64,000 nucleotides of DNA from a virus, in the IMG/VR virus record IMGVR_UViG_3300009093_000004, positions 7,735 through 71,734 of that record; one strand, given 5' to 3'. Position numbers and translations under genes: made by a program. The notes below the pieces were generated by a model. The model did not search any database, was not told the origin of the DNA, and saw only the letters and a program-made list of their open reading frames with translations. This document shows positions 24,117 through 31,749 of the stretch, in pieces (the first letter of the stretch is position 1; each line of letters begins with the position of its first letter).

Positions 24117-24620
24117 ATGGCCGATGCAGCAATGGTTGGAGAAGGGGTCGTCGAGGAGTTCGGTTTTTCGAATAACCACAAACCGAAGGTCAAGATATCC
24201 GGTCAATGGTACTACCTGGGTAACACACGTCTGGATGGTGTGGCTGCTGGAGATACCCTTTCGTTTGAATGGGTCTCTTTTAAGGCCGAGGGTATGCGAT
24301 CCGCTATCCGGTCCTTACAAAGCTGGGGGCATGTCGCTCGCTCAGCCCCACCTAAGGCCCCGTCCGCGCCTCCGTCTAGCCCTCCCCCTAGCATCCCGCC
24401 TAGCCCTGGACCCGTGCCATCTAGCGCGGTTCAGACTCCGAGTCCCACCTCTCTGGAGGGGCAGCCACTCTATAACGAGGGCGAACTTCGACTCATCAGT
24501 AACTTCATGGCGGCGGTAGCGCCGAAGATCGAGAAGCCGGCCCAGGTTTCTGAATGGTTCCGCGCCATCGGCTGCGCTGTCCGTGGAGTAGAGTTCTTCG
24601 AAGAAGAGATCCCGTTCTAG
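24117..24620 (+). CDS. putative ssDNA-binding protein
   Basis: Beta-rich N-terminus, Pro/Ser linker and acidic-aromatic tail EEEIPF. Confidence 0.5.
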   Translation: MADAAMVGEGVVEEFGFSNNHKPKVKISGQWYYLGNTRLDGVAAGDTLSFEWVSFKAEGMRSAIRSLQSWGHVARSAPPKAPSAPPSSPPPSIPPSPGPVPSSAVQTPSPTSLEGQPLYNEGELRLISNFMAAVAPKIEKPAQVSEWFRAIGCAVRGVEFFEEEIPF

Positions 24621-24622
24621 CC

Positions 24623-24928
24623 ATGGTGGATTACCTCTTTATCTGCTCGCATAACATGGGCAGAAGCCCTACGGCTGAGCACGTGGCGCGCACCATCGGG
24701 CTGACCGCTGACAGCGCCGGGACTGATCTCGGGGCGATCCGTAGGCTCACAGTGGAGCAGATCGTCCAGGCGGATCGGATCGTATGCATGGAAGAGCGTC
24801 ATGCCCAGGTGGTAGCCAGAATCGTGCCCAAGAGGGCGAAGGACATCGAAGTCTGGAACATCCCTGACAATTTTTCGTACTGCCAGCCTGAGCTGGTGGA
24901 CACCATCAAGACCCTGCTTGGGAGATAA
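24623..24928 (+). CDS. low-molecular-weight protein tyrosine phosphatase-like protein
   Basis: LFICSHNMGRSPTAE (CX5R), SAGT, IPD. Confidence 0.9.
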   Translation: MVDYLFICSHNMGRSPTAEHVARTIGLTADSAGTDLGAIRRLTVEQIVQADRIVCMEERHAQVVARIVPKRAKDIEVWNIPDNFSYCQPELVDTIKTLLGR

Positions 24929-24930
24929 GC

Positions 24931-25134
24931 ATGCCTTTATTTGAAGTAGCGATCCTTGAGAACCCCACTAAGAAAGCCGCCGAGGAAGGGACTGGCCAGA
25001 AGCTGGTCATGGGGCCGAAAGCTGTCATTGCCCGTGATGCCCAGTCGGCTGCCATCAATGCCGTTCTGGATGGCGGCATCGACGCATCCGTTGATCGCTC
25101 TCGGCTGGAGGTTCTCGTCCGCCCTTTTGCTTGA
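24931..25134 (+). CDS. conserved phage hypothetical protein (...VLVRPF)
   Basis: GGAG RBS. Confidence 0.7.
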   Translation: MPLFEVAILENPTKKAAEEGTGQKLVMGPKAVIARDAQSAAINAVLDGGIDASVDRSRLEVLVRPFA

Positions 25135-25346
25135 CGCCTGTGCGGAAGGAGGAGGTGCCGAAGCACAATCCCCTCCTCCGAGGACAGGCGATGGAAAAAT
25201 TCGACCCTTCCCATGAGAACTGGGGGTCTGGCCAGTCAGGACAGGGAGTAGGTTTTAGTGGCCCCTCCGTGAGCTACCTCACTAGCACTGCGGGGTCCCA
25301 GGTTTTCAATGCCAGCGCGTTAACTAGCATAGGACAGAGCCGATGA
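25131..25346 (+). CDS. hypothetical protein (start uncertain)
   Basis: ORF track. Confidence 0.45.
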   Translation: MTPVRKEEVPKHNPLLRGQAMEKFDPSHENWGSGQSGQGVGFSGPSVSYLTSTAGSQVFNASALTSIGQSR

Positions 25347-25594
25347 GCGACTACGAACAGAAGCGGAAGACCCTGATCACATACCTCAAGATGAAGACCG
25401 ATGAGGGTGACTGGCATGGAGTGAGCGATGCCGCCAACGATCTGCGAGTGTTGGAAGCTTCTCCCAGGACGTATGAGAATCAGCTGACTGGAATCCAGAA
25501 CGAGTCGAACTATAAAACTGGTCAGCAGGCTGGGTACAACATATGCGCGCAGCAGTCCCAGCAGGCCTCTTCTGTCCCATTTACGAGGGGATAA
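25343..25594 (+). CDS. hypothetical protein (DWHGVSDAANDLR motif)
   Basis: ORF track; coupled. Confidence 0.65.
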   Translation: MSDYEQKRKTLITYLKMKTDEGDWHGVSDAANDLRVLEASPRTYENQLTGIQNESNYKTGQQAGYNICAQQSQQASSVPFTRG

Positions 25595-25603
25595 CAAAAT
25601 AAG

Positions 25604-25631
25604 TTGCAACGTGTACAGACACCTGTACACT
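25604..25631 (+). promoter_or_regulatory. sigma70-like promoter with palindromic operator
   Basis: TTGCAA-N16-TACACT; GTGTACAG-acac-CTGTACAC at 25611-25630. Confidence 0.7.
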
Positions 25632-25675
25632 TGACATGGCCGTTAATACAAACATCTATGTAGGAGGAAATCACC

Positions 25676-27136
25676 TTGTCAGAATCACTGAGAAATGTCG
25701 GTAAGACCATTACGGCGGACGTGGTCCGGACCGGCGATGTGCTAACCATTCCGAAGGGGGCAACGATCGATCAAGCCATCGATCTGTTGGTACGGCGCAA
25801 GAAGTTCGAGGAAGAAGAGACGTGTATTCGTCGCGGCTTCCCGGTTTTCCCGTTGGATGGCGCTGTGGCCCTGGATCGAGTTCTGAACCGTCTTTACGGT
25901 TGGGCCCCTGCCATCGCAACGCCCGGCTTCTTCACCAGCAACCCGCCACAGTTGATTGCGGTCAACGTCGGGCCGAATGAGGTGAAGCAAGTCCCGTGGG
26001 GCCGGTTCAAGCTCCCGAACGTCGAGGGGCATGTGGATACCTCCACGGAACGCGGCGAGAGTGGCTGTCTCACCTTTCAGGTGGTGGCCACGGTGAAGCG
26101 CAAGAACGAGGACGAGATCCAACGGCTCTTCACCGAGATCTCCAGTGAGATCAAGGCACACAGCATCTATCGTGGCAAGGCGATCAAGATCCGCTTCCGG
26201 GACGACGAGGGCGACCCTCTCGATATGCCCAAGCCGATCTTTCTGGATACCTCGCACATCCGGGAAGACCAGTTGATCTACTCCCAAGTGGTCATGGATG
26301 CCGTCCAGACCAACCTCTTCACGCCGATCCGGCGGGCGCACGATTGCTTGAAGAACGGTATCCGCTTGAAGCGGGGCGTTCTCTTGGGTGGTCAGTATGG
26401 AACGGGCAAGACGTTGGCGGCAGCGGTCGCCAGCAAGATCGCGGTGGATACCGGGATCACCTACGTGTATGCGGAGCGTGCCGATGAACTCAAGGATGCG
26501 GTGGAATTCGCCAAGCAATACCAATCGCCGGCTGCGGTGGTCTTCGTCGAAGATATCGACCGAGATATCACCGGTGAGCGTACGCACGAGATGGACGCAG
26601 TTCTCAACACGATCGATGGTGTGGACGGCAAACACCACAATATCGTGGTGGTCCTCACCACCAACGCCCTGGATAAGGTCCACAAGGCGATGCTGCGGCC
26701 TGGCCGGCTCGATGCGGTGATCAATATCACCCCGCCCGATGGTCCTGCTGTGGAGCGACTCATTCGAATGTACGGCAACGGACTGGTCCGGGATGACTCA
26801 GACCTCAGCGAGGTGGGGGCTGTTCTTCAGGGGAATATCCCGGCAGTGATCGAGGAAGTGGTGAAACGGGCCAAGCTGTCGCAGCTGGCGATCCAGTCCG
26901 AGGGATCGCCCTTGAACGAGATCTCCCAGGTGGCGTTGCTAGAGGCGGCCCACACCATGCGGATGCAAATCGAATTGCTCCGGGGTGGTGAGCCGAAGGC
27001 CGACACAACCCCCTTCGAGGATCGTCTGGTGCATCTGATCCAGAAGGGGATCAACCGCAATGGTGCGGTGACGGTGGAGACGGAGAATCGCCTCCGCCTC
27101 TTGGACAAGGATATCCGTGAAAATTTGATGGGGTGA
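25676..27136 (+). CDS. AAA+ ATPase (classical clade)
   Basis: Walker A GQYGTGKT, Walker B FVEDID, TTN, LRPGRLD; TTG start with AGGAGG RBS. Confidence 0.9.
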   Translation: MSESLRNVGKTITADVVRTGDVLTIPKGATIDQAIDLLVRRKKFEEEETCIRRGFPVFPLDGAVALDRVLNRLYGWAPAIATPGFFTSNPPQLIAVNVGPNEVKQVPWGRFKLPNVEGHVDTSTERGESGCLTFQVVATVKRKNEDEIQRLFTEISSEIKAHSIYRGKAIKIRFRDDEGDPLDMPKPIFLDTSHIREDQLIYSQVVMDAVQTNLFTPIRRAHDCLKNGIRLKRGVLLGGQYGTGKTLAAAVASKIAVDTGITYVYAERADELKDAVEFAKQYQSPAAVVFVEDIDRDITGERTHEMDAVLNTIDGVDGKHHNIVVVLTTNALDKVHKAMLRPGRLDAVINITPPDGPAVERLIRMYGNGLVRDDSDLSEVGAVLQGNIPAVIEEVVKRAKLSQLAIQSEGSPLNEISQVALLEAAHTMRMQIELLRGGEPKADTTPFEDRLVHLIQKGINRNGAVTVETENRLRLLDKDIRENLMG

Positions 27137-27141
27137 GTGAA

Positions 27142-27221
27142 GGGCGCGTTTAGCTGGGGATAGGTTGGTATGAACCGCGCATGAAAGGGCCGTCCCGGAG
27201 ACCCCAGTCCGGGACCGCTCC
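27142..27221 (+). ncRNA. candidate ~80-nt tRNA-shaped RNA with loop-loop pairing
   Basis: GTCCCGGA/TCCGGGAC stem whose loop CCCCAG is complementary to upstream CTGGGG. Confidence 0.4.
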
Positions 27222-27239
27222 TTATCATAGGAGATCTCA

Positions 27240-27740
27240 ATGAATACACGTGAGGCCGTTCTGGAGGCGGCGGACTTCCTCGAAAGGAATCCAAACGCCT
27301 TCAATTTCTTGGTGTGTACGGTCCCGGAGAGTCTGTCAGATCAGGGCTGCTATCTGGGATGGATAAACTACTTCCAAGGGGAAGACTTTACCCCCTATCT
27401 AAGAGATCGTCTGGGTCGCCCCTTCGTCTCTTCTGAAGCGGTGATCGGACCGACAGAGCTGCACGAGGCGGATTTTTTCTCGATCATGAGCCGTCTCTCC
27501 AAGAATATGATAGGCACCCATCCTCGTCCCTGGGATGTTCTCCGGGCGTTTGCAGCCGAGTACTTCCCGGAACCTCAGGAGCCGTACGAGTATGTCCTGC
27601 CGGTCTGGGCCGCCATGCGCGATCGAGAGTTCACCCACGCCCTGATCAATGCCGAAGAAGAGCACAAGGCCTATCGCCGCTTCAGGCGTGGTCTTGCCAT
27701 ACAACTGACCCGACCTATGAAGTACCCGGAGGGGACTTGA
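27240..27740 (+). CDS. hypothetical protein (CxxG motif family)
   Basis: AGGAG RBS; GCYLGWI. Confidence 0.7.
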   Translation: MNTREAVLEAADFLERNPNAFNFLVCTVPESLSDQGCYLGWINYFQGEDFTPYLRDRLGRPFVSSEAVIGPTELHEADFFSIMSRLSKNMIGTHPRPWDVLRAFAAEYFPEPQEPYEYVLPVWAAMRDREFTHALINAEEEHKAYRRFRRGLAIQLTRPMKYPEGT

Positions 27741-27741
27741 G

Positions 27742-28047
27742 ATGCCCTGTTACCTCGTTTATGAAAAGCACACTGACAAGCGACACCTCGTTATCGGGGA
27801 TAACCCTGCTCAGGTGATCCGCTATATCGCCACCAAGACCATCACAGCCGAGACCCTTACGGGGCAGCAGGTGGCGGAGTTGGTGGGAACTGGGATGCCT
27901 GTAGAGGATGCCCGGCGCCCCCAGAAGGAGCTGGACCTGGGTGGTAGGACGACCTACGAGCACAAGCAGGGATGCGCGGCCGACCCTTGGACCCCGATCG
28001 GGGAGAGGGGTTGTAAGTGCCTCACCCTGGAGATCCCGCCCGTATGA
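27742..28047 (+). CDS. hypothetical protein
   Basis: GGAGG RBS. Confidence 0.65.
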   Translation: MPCYLVYEKHTDKRHLVIGDNPAQVIRYIATKTITAETLTGQQVAELVGTGMPVEDARRPQKELDLGGRTTYEHKQGCAADPWTPIGERGCKCLTLEIPPV

Positions 28048-28376
28048 AGAAGAAATGGAAACGCCTTTGGCTCAAGGCTTTGCGTAGTAACAAGTACCAA
28101 CAAGGCCGGTTCGTTTTAAGACGTGGCTCAGGACGTAAGAAGGAGTGCCGCTTCTGCCCTCTCGGTATACTGGCAGATATTATCTGCCCCCGAGGGTGGC
28201 GAAGCGATGGTATGAATTACTCGTACTCCATGAGGGGCAGCTACACTCAACTAGATAAAGAGTTGATGAGTATCACAGGCCTTTCTGCAAGCGACCAGTC
28301 AAGAGTCATGATGATGAATGATGAACAGCAGCGTTCCTTCCCAACGATCTCTCGCTGGATCGAGGAACATCTATAA
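28044..28376 (+). CDS. hypothetical protein (W..ALRS..Y.QG...FCPLG motif)
   Basis: ATGA-coupled start. Confidence 0.7.
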   Translation: MKKKWKRLWLKALRSNKYQQGRFVLRRGSGRKKECRFCPLGILADIICPRGWRSDGMNYSYSMRGSYTQLDKELMSITGLSASDQSRVMMMNDEQQRSFPTISRWIEEHL

Positions 28377-28541
28377 ATGGCCACACCCCTGAAGGAAGGG
28401 GTAACGCCTACACATGGAATCCGCAGCACATATGTCAACCTGAAGTGTCGCTGCGTCGAGTGTACAAGGGCCAATCGTGAATACATGCGCCCCTATATGA
28501 GGGAGTGGAAGCAGAGGCGCCGAGACCAACCGGAGGAATGA
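28377..28541 (+). CDS. small Zn-binding protein (HG...Y...CRC..C..A)
   Basis: Hand-translated; GAGGA RBS. Confidence 0.65.
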   Translation: MATPLKEGVTPTHGIRSTYVNLKCRCVECTRANREYMRPYMREWKQRRRDQPEE

Positions 28542-28542
28542 T

Positions 28543-28956
28543 ATGAACATTAGTGGCATAAGCAATCGTGAGGAGTGGGAGTTCACCTACCTCGCCGTGA
28601 AGGTTCTGGATGGCGCCCGTAAGCAGCTACAGTATCGCCAGTCCCGAGTGGATTTCTGGGAGTCCAAGAAGGCCGAGGTGATGGAGGAGATCAGGACCAA
28701 GGGGTTGGATGTGTACGAGCCGGAGGCGGAGAAGCTCTCTGGCTACGTCGGTACCCAGAACGTCATGGGTTCCCCCCAGATCAAAGTGGATCCTGCCCTA
28801 CAGCTGCGACTCACCGAGGCCAGCAACAAGATCCGTGAGAACAGGCAGTGGGTGGCAGAGTATGACGCCTGGGTCCAAGTCCTGGAGGGTAATAAAGATG
28901 CTTCCCTGAGGCTGAAGCAGGGAGACTGGCTGTTCTTCTTCGGTCGAAGTCTATAA
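28543..28956 (+). CDS. conserved phage hypothetical protein
   Basis: GGAGG RBS. Confidence 0.75.
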   Translation: MNISGISNREEWEFTYLAVKVLDGARKQLQYRQSRVDFWESKKAEVMEEIRTKGLDVYEPEAEKLSGYVGTQNVMGSPQIKVDPALQLRLTEASNKIRENRQWVAEYDAWVQVLEGNKDASLRLKQGDWLFFFGRSL

Positions 28957-28983
28957 GACAAACCACATAAGAGGAGGATTCAC

Positions 28984-29373
28984 ATGAACGATATAGAGGT
29001 TCTGGAAAAGGCAAGAGGAAAACTATGTCGGGGGTGGGTTGCCAACAAGCGAGGAGTGGGCCATTGCGGAGAGTACCGTAGTGGGAATAGCCCTATGGCT
29101 GTCGCCTGGTGCGCTCTTGGGGCACTCGATGCAGCTCTCGATACGGATGAATGTTGCCGCCACCCAATAGGTATTCGGCTTATTCGGCGGCTCTCTCAAG
29201 GCATTAAGGATCCTTTAAAGGATACCTTCCCGGAAACGGCAGTCGCTGAATACAGCAATAGATCCGGGCAGGCGAAGACCATAGCCCTGTTCGATACCAC
29301 CATCCGCAAATTGAAGATGGAGAGAATGGCGGCTTCAGCGACTTTCGCCATGGGGCCAAGGAGAGCAGCATGA
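28984..29373 (+). CDS. DUF6197-like protein
   Basis: VLEKAR...GW...WCALGAL...LFDTTI. Confidence 0.65.
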   Translation: MNDIEVLEKARGKLCRGWVANKRGVGHCGEYRSGNSPMAVAWCALGALDAALDTDECCRHPIGIRLIRRLSQGIKDPLKDTFPETAVAEYSNRSGQAKTIALFDTTIRKLKMERMAASATFAMGPRRAA

Positions 29374-29762
29374 TGACAGGCATCCTGTTCACCGCTGGTA
29401 TAGCGGTGATCTTGGCGATTTTCTTCACCCGCTCCTATATTGAGGATCTACGGTTGGAGCTGAAAGTCGTAACCAATAAGCTGTTCATCGAGAAATCTGT
29501 CACAGCTATGCACAGGGAGAATGCCCTAAAACATCGCCTAGAGATCTACAAGCTCCAGAGAGGGCTCGGACGGAAGCATCGCAAGATCATTATGCTCCAG
29601 ACGACACTGGCTCGTGTGGAGCGGGACCTGGAGGCTCTGCAGCGGATGTCGGATATTCCGACTCTAACGCAGCTAGGGCAATCCTGCGATGCATTTCACA
29701 GCATGGACACTGAGTTGCACAGCTCGCAATCCCCTGCAGAGCCTGTAGCAGAGATGGGCTGA
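29370..29762 (+). CDS. membrane-anchored coiled-coil protein
   Basis: N-terminal TM segment. Confidence 0.65.
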   Translation: MMTGILFTAGIAVILAIFFTRSYIEDLRLELKVVTNKLFIEKSVTAMHRENALKHRLEIYKLQRGLGRKHRKIIMLQTTLARVERDLEALQRMSDIPTLTQLGQSCDAFHSMDTELHSSQSPAEPVAEMG

Positions 29763-29781
29763 TCTCCACGGGGGCCGGGAT

Positions 29782-29913
29782 TCAGGTCTTAGGGAAGAGC
29801 TTCTGGATCTCGGCCTTAATGGTGGCCTCCAAGTCAGCCACCTTCTGGGCATGATGGGAGTCAATGTACATACCAACGCCCATACCGATAATAAAAACGA
29901 TCAGGTACATCAT
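29782..29913 (-). CDS. small membrane protein at the end of the lysis operon
   Basis: Hand-translated MMYLIVFIIGMGVGMYIDSHH...; GAGGT RBS. Confidence 0.6.
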   Translation of the reverse strand: MMYLIVFIIGMGVGMYIDSHHAQKVADLEATIKAEIQKLFPKT

Positions 29914-29916
29914 AAC

Positions 29917-30429
29917 TTACCTCGTTTGCCAAAGTCGCAGCTGAGCACTCATGGAGTCGGCTCTGGCTGCAAGAACTGAGAGCATCTGGAGTCGATCTCG
30001 GGAGACTGAAGGATCTCCCGGAGGCAGATGCTGAATAGGTTCTGTGGCGGGGCCGGGACGAGCATCTCCGGCGTGGGAGCCTGTGGATGGGGGCAGATGT
30101 CCGTTGCCACCGTATGGGTGGCACAGCTGGTCAGCAGTGGTAATAGGATGCTGAGCCTGATAGTCGATGCTGTCTGCACGTTCTTGCGCATAGGCCTTCT
30201 CGGCCGCCTCTGCCCGCTCACGGAGCTGTTGAGTGATCTTATCCGCTGCAGCTTTGAATTGCTGGAGAGCTTTGTCATCAGCCTGCTGCTGTTGCACGAT
30301 CCCGTCACGGATCAGGCTCCTTTCCCATAGGTGCACCCCCAGGGCCGACCCACCGGCCAACACCAAGATCACCAGCATCTCGGACAGCCAGGTCGGGAGA
30401 CCGGTCCAGGCCAGCAGGGTGGCGATCAT
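29917..30429 (-). CDS. i-spanin (Rz-like)
   Basis: N-terminal TM plus coiled coil; downstream of endolysin. Confidence 0.75.
   Translation of the reverse strand: MIATLLAWTGLPTWLSEMLVILVLAGGSALGVHLWERSLIRDGIVQQQQADDKALQQFKAAADKITQQLRERAEAAEKAYAQERADSIDYQAQHPITTADQLCHPYGGNGHLPPSTGSHAGDARPGPATEPIQHLPPGDPSVSRDRLQMLSVLAARADSMSAQLRLWQTR
29949..30191 (-). CDS. o-spanin (Rz1-like) embedded in the i-spanin
   Basis: Alternate frame; lipobox LLTSC; Pro-rich mature part. Confidence 0.7.
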   Translation of the reverse strand: MRKNVQTASTIRLSILLPLLTSCATHTVATDICPHPQAPTPEMLVPAPPQNLFSICLREILQSPEIDSRCSQFLQPEPTP

Positions 30430-30491
30430 AGGACGTGCCCGGAGCAGGCCACGAGCAGTCCGAAGAGGATCCAGGTGATGGAATACTTCAT
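30426..30491 (-). CDS. 21-aa putative micro-lipoprotein MKYSITWILFGLLVACSGHVL
   Basis: Hand-translated; ATGA overlaps at both ends; lipobox LVAC. Confidence 0.55.
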   Translation of the reverse strand: MKYSITWILFGLLVACSGHVL

Positions 30492-30682
30492 CGCTGTGTA
30501 GCTCGCCAGAAGATCGCCCCGGCGCCCACCAAGCGCAGCACGGCATGCCAGTGTGGCCATGGTAGAAGGTCTTTGAAGTCCTGCTCGTAAGGACTCAAAT
30601 CGACCACAGCGAGCGCCCCAAGGATCGTGGCGATCGTCTTCTGACCATGGGATGCCCAGTAGGACTTAAGCCAGACTAGCAT
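30488..30682 (-). CDS. holin-like membrane protein
   Basis: Two hydrophobic segments; adjacent to endolysin. Confidence 0.55.
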   Translation of the reverse strand: MLVWLKSYWASHGQKTIATILGALAVVDLSPYEQDFKDLLPWPHWHAVLRLVGAGAIFWRATQR

Positions 30683-31206
30683 TACAGACCCGCCTCTTTG
30701 CGAGCGATCAGCCAGTAAGGGATACGCTGATCGACAGTTTTATAGGAGCCATTGATAGTGGCCGTAATCGCTCCGAAATGATGGATGTCAGCCAGGGTAT
30801 TGAGACCGTGCTTGCTCCAGAACCAGGCGGCTGATCGAGAAGCGGGTCCTGGGGTTTCAAGCAGAGATGGAGATCCAATGAGGTCCAGGCTGAGCGCCGT
30901 TCCGCAAGCCAGGTAGTTAGCTCTTCCAGTGATCTGAATAAGCCCACGGCCCTTATAGCGGGGTCCGTCTCCTGGCTGAGTGTTGCCCAGATCCACCCGT
31001 CCTTCATAAGCAAGTCCATCAGCGAGTTCAAGAAGGTGTCTGAGTTCACCGGATTCGTGGGCAACCTGTGCAAGGAAGGCGGCCTGGCGCATACTACTCG
31101 TGATGGAGAATTCCGCCATAGCGGAGTTGAGCGGATCCACAAAAGCATCCACCTTCCCGGTCGAGAAGGGCATGATCTTCTGTAGGTTGGTCGCTTCCCA
31201 GATCAC
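30682..31206 (-). CDS. endolysin, glycoside hydrolase family 19
   Basis: AAFLAQVAHESG, YKGRGLIQITGRANY, SAAWFW, INGS. Confidence 0.95.
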   Translation of the reverse strand: MIWEATNLQKIMPFSTGKVDAFVDPLNSAMAEFSITSSMRQAAFLAQVAHESGELRHLLELADGLAYEGRVDLGNTQPGDGPRYKGRGLIQITGRANYLACGTALSLDLIGSPSLLETPGPASRSAAWFWSKHGLNTLADIHHFGAITATINGSYKTVDQRIPYWLIARKEAGL

Positions 31207-31376
31207 TTCTTCGTGTTGCTCCTATAGTAGTTGTAGCTGGCGCGGGCGACGATCAACCCTGCCACTGACAGCGCTATCCGCAATGCCATGTCAACTAACG
31301 GCAACCAACTCACGATCGCTGCCACTCCCGTAAAGGAAACACCCAGAGCTGCGAGGAAGTGCTTGAAATGCTCCAT
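31203..31376 (-). CDS. holin-like membrane protein
   Basis: MEHFKHF...; two TMs and basic C-terminus. Confidence 0.6.
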   Translation of the reverse strand: MEHFKHFLAALGVSFTGVAAIVSWLPLVDMALRIALSVAGLIVARASYNYYRSNTKK

Positions 31377-31732
31377 CAGACTTTGCCTCCACGCGCCATG
31401 GGCTGCGGCTGCTGCTGACTTTGCGCATTGGCAGGACTCCCCTGCGGCTTCGCTTGGGGCCCCAATGCCGAGATCTCCCTCTGCAATAACGCCCACCACG
31501 ATGTTCCAGGATCGGAAACGGGCCCGCCCACAGCATACTTTCGGCCAAGAGCTTTCCGTTTCTCCGAAAGAGCTATCGCAATGGCTTGCTTCTTGTCGCG
31601 CACCATCGGGCCCTTCTTGGAGCCACTGTGTAGTTGGCCATGTTTGAACTCGTGCATCACCTTGCCCACCTTGCCACCCGCTGCGTACTTGTGGCGCAGT
31701 CGGGAGAACTGGGGGCTGGTCAGCAGTCCCAT
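31376..31732 (-). CDS. small basic protein with DUF6496-like domain
   Basis: KVGKVMHEFKHGQLHSGSKKGP...KQAIAIALSE; GAGGA RBS. Confidence 0.7.
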   Translation of the reverse strand: MGLLTSPQFSRLRHKYAAGGKVGKVMHEFKHGQLHSGSKKGPMVRDKKQAIAIALSEKRKALGRKYAVGGPVSDPGTSWWALLQREISALGPQAKPQGSPANAQSQQQPQPMARGGKV

Positions 31733-31749
31733 GTCGGTATTCCTCATCG

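Noticed and set aside
25742-26683. 313-aa antisense ORF (and similar ones at 45568, 54068, 60530, 61837)
   Set aside because: Shadow frames opposite well-supported high-GC genes
27142-27221. Canonical tRNA gene
   Set aside because: No TTCRA loop, no 7-bp acceptor stem, no U33 anticodon loop and no CCA
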